A stretch of DNA of 64,000 bases, taken from Leucoraja erinacea (lineage: Eukaryota). Position numbers and translations under genes: made by a program. The notes under the pieces were generated by a model. The model did not search any database and was not told the DNA's origin. It saw nothing but the letters and a program-made list of their open reading frames with translations. Below are positions 60,260 through 64,000 of the stretch, in pieces. The DNA lies in assembly GCF_028641065.1 (NCBI RefSeq), contig NC_073400.1, positions 32,798,001-32,862,000 of the forward strand, read 5' to 3'. How positions within the stretch are numbered: the stretch's first letter is position 1; the number at the start of each line of letters is the position of its first letter.

Positions 60260-61310
60260 GTGAGTCTCCCACACTGATTCACACAAACACACACAGAGTG
60301 CTGGAGTAACTCAGTAGGTCAGGCAGCATTTGTGGAGAACGTGGACAGGTGACTTATCAGGTTAGCATCCTCTTCAGAATGGGCCGTTTGAGTCTGAAGA
60401 AGGGCATTGACCCTGAAATATCACTGTGAAACGTCACCTATCCATGTTGTCCACAGATGCGGCCTGACCCGCTGAGTTACTCCAGCACTCTGTGAAATGT
60501 CACCTATCCATGTTCTCCACAGATGCTGCCTGACCCGCTGAGTTACTCCAGCACTCTGTGAAATGTCACCTATCCATGTTCTCCACAGATGCTGCCTGGC
60601 CCACTGAGTTATGGTGCAGCAGCATCTATGGAGCTAAGGAAAGAGGCAACGTTTCGGCATGAAACCCTTCTGGAAATAGGCAACGTTTCGGGCCGAAACC
60701 CAGAAGGGTTTCGGCCCGAAACGTTGCCTATTTCCTTAGCTCCATAGATGCTGCCTGACCCGCTGAGTTACTCCAGCACTCTGTGAAACGTCACCCATCC
60801 ATGTTCTCCACAGATGCTGCCTGACCCGCTGAGTTACTCCAGCACTCTGTGAAACGTCACCCATCCATGTTCTCCACAGATGCTGCCTGACCCGCTGAGT
60901 TACTCCAGCACTAGTCATTGTTTGGTTTGATGTTTAGTATTATCTGATCGGATTGGATCGAATGCAAAACAAATATTCTCGCTTGGTCCACAATCACAAT
61001 AATACTTTATTAGCCAAGTATGTTTTGCAACATACGAGGAATTTCATTTGCCGTACAGTCATACCAATAAAACGCAACAGAACGCACAAAACACATCCAC
61101 CACAGTGACTCCTCCACATTCCTCACTATGATGGTAGGTGAAAAAAAGCCAACCTAACCAACAACAGTAAACGTGATTATGAATAAACTTAAACCTAGTT
61201 TGGAAAAAATGCAACAAATGTGTTAGTACAATAATGGTTTAACGTTGCAAATTTGGTCTTTAATTGTTGCCTGTAAAGATTCTGACTTCCATCTTTCATC
61301 CCGCCACCAG

Positions 61311-61468
61311 CTTTCTCCTGCAGTAAACGTGATGTGAAGTTCATCCTCACGTTGGGAAAGCAAGTCCTTGAAATGCAAGAGCAAGACATTGAGTATCGCC
61401 GGAAACGAATTGAACATAAATCGAGACTGCTCAACACAATACAGAAATTCTTACAAGGTTCAGCCTGA
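61311..61468 (+). CDS. Gla protein copy B, exon 5
   Basis: (A)FSCSKRDVKFILTLGKQVLEMQEQDIEYRRKRIEHKSRLLNTIQKFLQGSA*, 158 nt, frame and stop retained. Confidence 0.68.
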
Positions 61469-63139
61469 TCGCATTGATCAAACTGATTCCACATTTACAC
61501 CACTATGTAATTAGAATGCAAACTACATCAACATATTCAGTTTGGAGTAAACTGAAACATTAAAATGTCACCTTTGCTATTAAAAGCTCAGCACTGTGTA
61601 ACATTCCAGTCAATCAGTCACATTGGAATAATACTTGCCACACTTGGTGTACAGGACATAGTTTGTGTCACAGAAATTAAACGGCAATCATATATCATGA
61701 AATACAGACTTGTTTATTTTGTGATGTGAGGTGGTGGTTTGGGCATTTCCCACTGTCCATCTCTCAGTGGCTTTGAGTGGTGGTGGTGGTCAAAGGTGTT
61801 TGGTGATGGTGATCCTTCAACCCCAGCTGTCCATCAACAGCTTGCCGATGCTCAAAGTCTGAAATAAAAATAGTTCTCCTTGCCAGGAGGTAGTGATCCA
61901 TGTCAAATCAGATAGCCTGGGCCATTACTGTCATCGCTGGACCAACCAACCACAGTATGGTCCTGACCTCCTATCCACCTCATCGGAGACCCTTGGAATA
62001 TCTTCAATCAGAAGTAAAAAGCCGGAGTAACTCAGCGGGCCAGGCAGTATCTCTGGAGAGAAGGAATGGGTGATGTTTCGGGTCGAGACCTTTCTTCAGA
62101 CCCAGTCTGAAGAGTGTCTCAACCCAAATCATCCTGTCTGAAGACGGGTCTCATCCCGAAACATCACCCATTCCTTCTCTCCAGAGATGTTGCCTGTATT
62201 TTTGTGTCGATCTTCAACTTAAACCAGCATCTGCAGTTCCTTCTTACACACTTCAATCATACTTTACCCTTGCACTAAACGTTATTCAACTTTATCCTCC
62301 TGTCTCTTAACACGTGTGTACGGGCTCGATTGGAATCACGAACAGTCTTTCTGCTGACTGGATAGCACGCAACAGGAAAGTCCTGGGATGTCAGGACTTT
62401 CATATGAAGAAAGACTGGATAGACTCGGCTTGTACTCGCTAGAATTTAGAAGATTGAGGGGGGATCGTATAGAAATTTACAACATTCTAAGGGGTTGGAC
62501 AGGCTAGATGCAGGAAGATGCAGCATTTCGTTGTCTCTGTACTGTACAACTGACAATGACAATTAAAATTGAATCTGAATCTGAATCTGAATCTGAAGAT
62601 TGTTCCTGATGTTGGGGAAGTCCAGAACAAGGGATCACAGTTTAAGGATAAGGGGGAAATCTTTTAGGACTGAGATGAGAAAAACATTTTTCACACAGAG
62701 AGTGGTGAATCTCTGGAATTCTCTGCCACAGAGGGTAGTTGAGGCCACAGTTCGTTGGCTATATTTAAGAGGGAGTTAGATGTGGCCCTTGTGACTAAAG
62801 GGATCAGGGGATATGGAGAGAAGGCAGGTACGGGATACTGAGTTGGATGATCAGCCATGATCATATTGAATGGTGGTGCAGGCTCGAAGGGCCGAATGGC
62901 CTCTACTCCTGTACCTGTTGTGTATTGTCTGTCTGTCTGAGACACTGTGTCTGAAGAAGGGTCTCGACCTGAACCGCCCCTATCCCTTCTCTCCACAGAC
63001 CGCTGCCTGTCCCACTGAGTTATCTCCACGCACTTTGTGTCCTGTACCAGTTTAACCCAGCCAACCTGCAGTTCCTTCCTACACCTGGCGCAGAGATGAT
63101 TTGTGTGCAGGCCATTGGCCGGCCTTAGCCTCAGGGGAG

Positions 63140-63216
63140 AGGGGGCGCATGCGCCGGGCCCGTCCCCTGCCCCACAATGCCCCGCGCCCAGCGGCGGCTA
63201 CAGGGACACGGTGAGT
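63140..63216 (+). promoter_or_regulatory. Second copy of the putative C1orf74 promoter and first exon
   Basis: GCGCATGCGC at 63145-63154, CCCACAATGCCCCGCG, donor at 63211; paralogous to 46870-46946. Confidence 0.55.
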
Positions 63217-64000
63217 CGTAGCCCCCCCCCCCCCGGGTAATGGACCCCGTCACCATGGAGAACGCCCCCCCCCCCTCACACCCCCGTCACCATGGAGACG
63301 GCCCCCCCCCTCCCCCCCCTTCCGTCAACCATGGAGACGGCCCCCTCCCCCTCCCCCCCCCCGTCACCATGGAGACGTCCGCCCCCTCCCACCAGATCAC
63401 CCCCTCCGTCCAACATGGAGACGGCCCCCTCCCCCCCCACCCCACCGTCACCATGGAGAGACGGCCCCTCCCCCTCACCCACCTTCAACCTAAACCATGG
63501 AGACGGCCCCCCCCCCCTCACCCCCCCGTCAACCATGGAGACGGCCCCCATCCCCCTCACCCCCCCCGTTTCACCATGGAGGGACGGCCCATCCCCCTCA
63601 CCCCCCCCTCGGTCGCCATGGAGACGGCCCCCTCCCCCTCACCCCCCCGTCGCCATGGAGACGGCCCCCTTCCCCCTCACCCCCCCGTCACCATGGAAGA
63701 CGGCCCCTCTCCCCTCACCCCCCCACGTCACCATGAGACGGCCCCAACCCCCCCTCACCCCCCCGTTCACCATGGAGACGGCCCCCCCCCCCTCACCCCC
63801 CCGTCACCACCATGGAGACGGGCCCCCCTCCCCCTCCCCTCCCCCCCCGTCACCATGGAGACGGCCCCCTCCCTCCCTCACCTCTCCCCCCTTCACCATT
63901 GTGCGACTTCCCGCCTCCCCGCCCCCCTCACCCCCCCGTCACCAGGGAGACGTCCCCCCTCCCCCTCACCCCCCCCCCCGTCCAGCCATTTAGACGGGGC

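Larger units (their letters stand above)
55422..64000 (+). repeat. Tandem segmental duplicate of about 33713-47700, running off the window end
   Basis: Collinear, highly similar unique and repeat sequence. Offset is 21633 bp at exon 1 and shrinks after the copy-A-specific insertions. Confidence 0.93.

Overview
Eukaryotic (vertebrate) genomic DNA, most likely from a cartilaginous fish. This is inferred from the V-SINE/HE1-like, CR1 and Penelope repeats. The window is a repeat-rich draft with five N-gaps and some indel-rich stretches. Gene order: a GCAP2/GUCA1B-like gene (minus strand, coding exons 1-3) head-to-head with IRF6 (plus strand, CDS about 14471-28972), then a five-exon vitamin-K-dependent Gla gene that I could not assign to a known family (34139-44687), then C1orf74 (52652-53464). 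A second tandem copy of the Gla gene and the C1orf74 promoter follows from about 55422 to the window end. The predicted 181-aa Gla protein has a signal peptide, a canonical carboxylase propeptide, a Gla domain, an aromatic stack, a S/T/P linker and a C-terminal helix. By eye that helix resembles the C4b-binding-protein oligomerisation core; there is no EGF, kringle, protease or transmembrane domain. Copy A carries a near-intact 4.8-kb DIRS tyrosine-recombinase retrotransposon, and its empty site is visible in copy B. The DIRS has splice signals placed so that gag and pol could each be removed as introns. All calls come from reading the sequence; no database searches were run.
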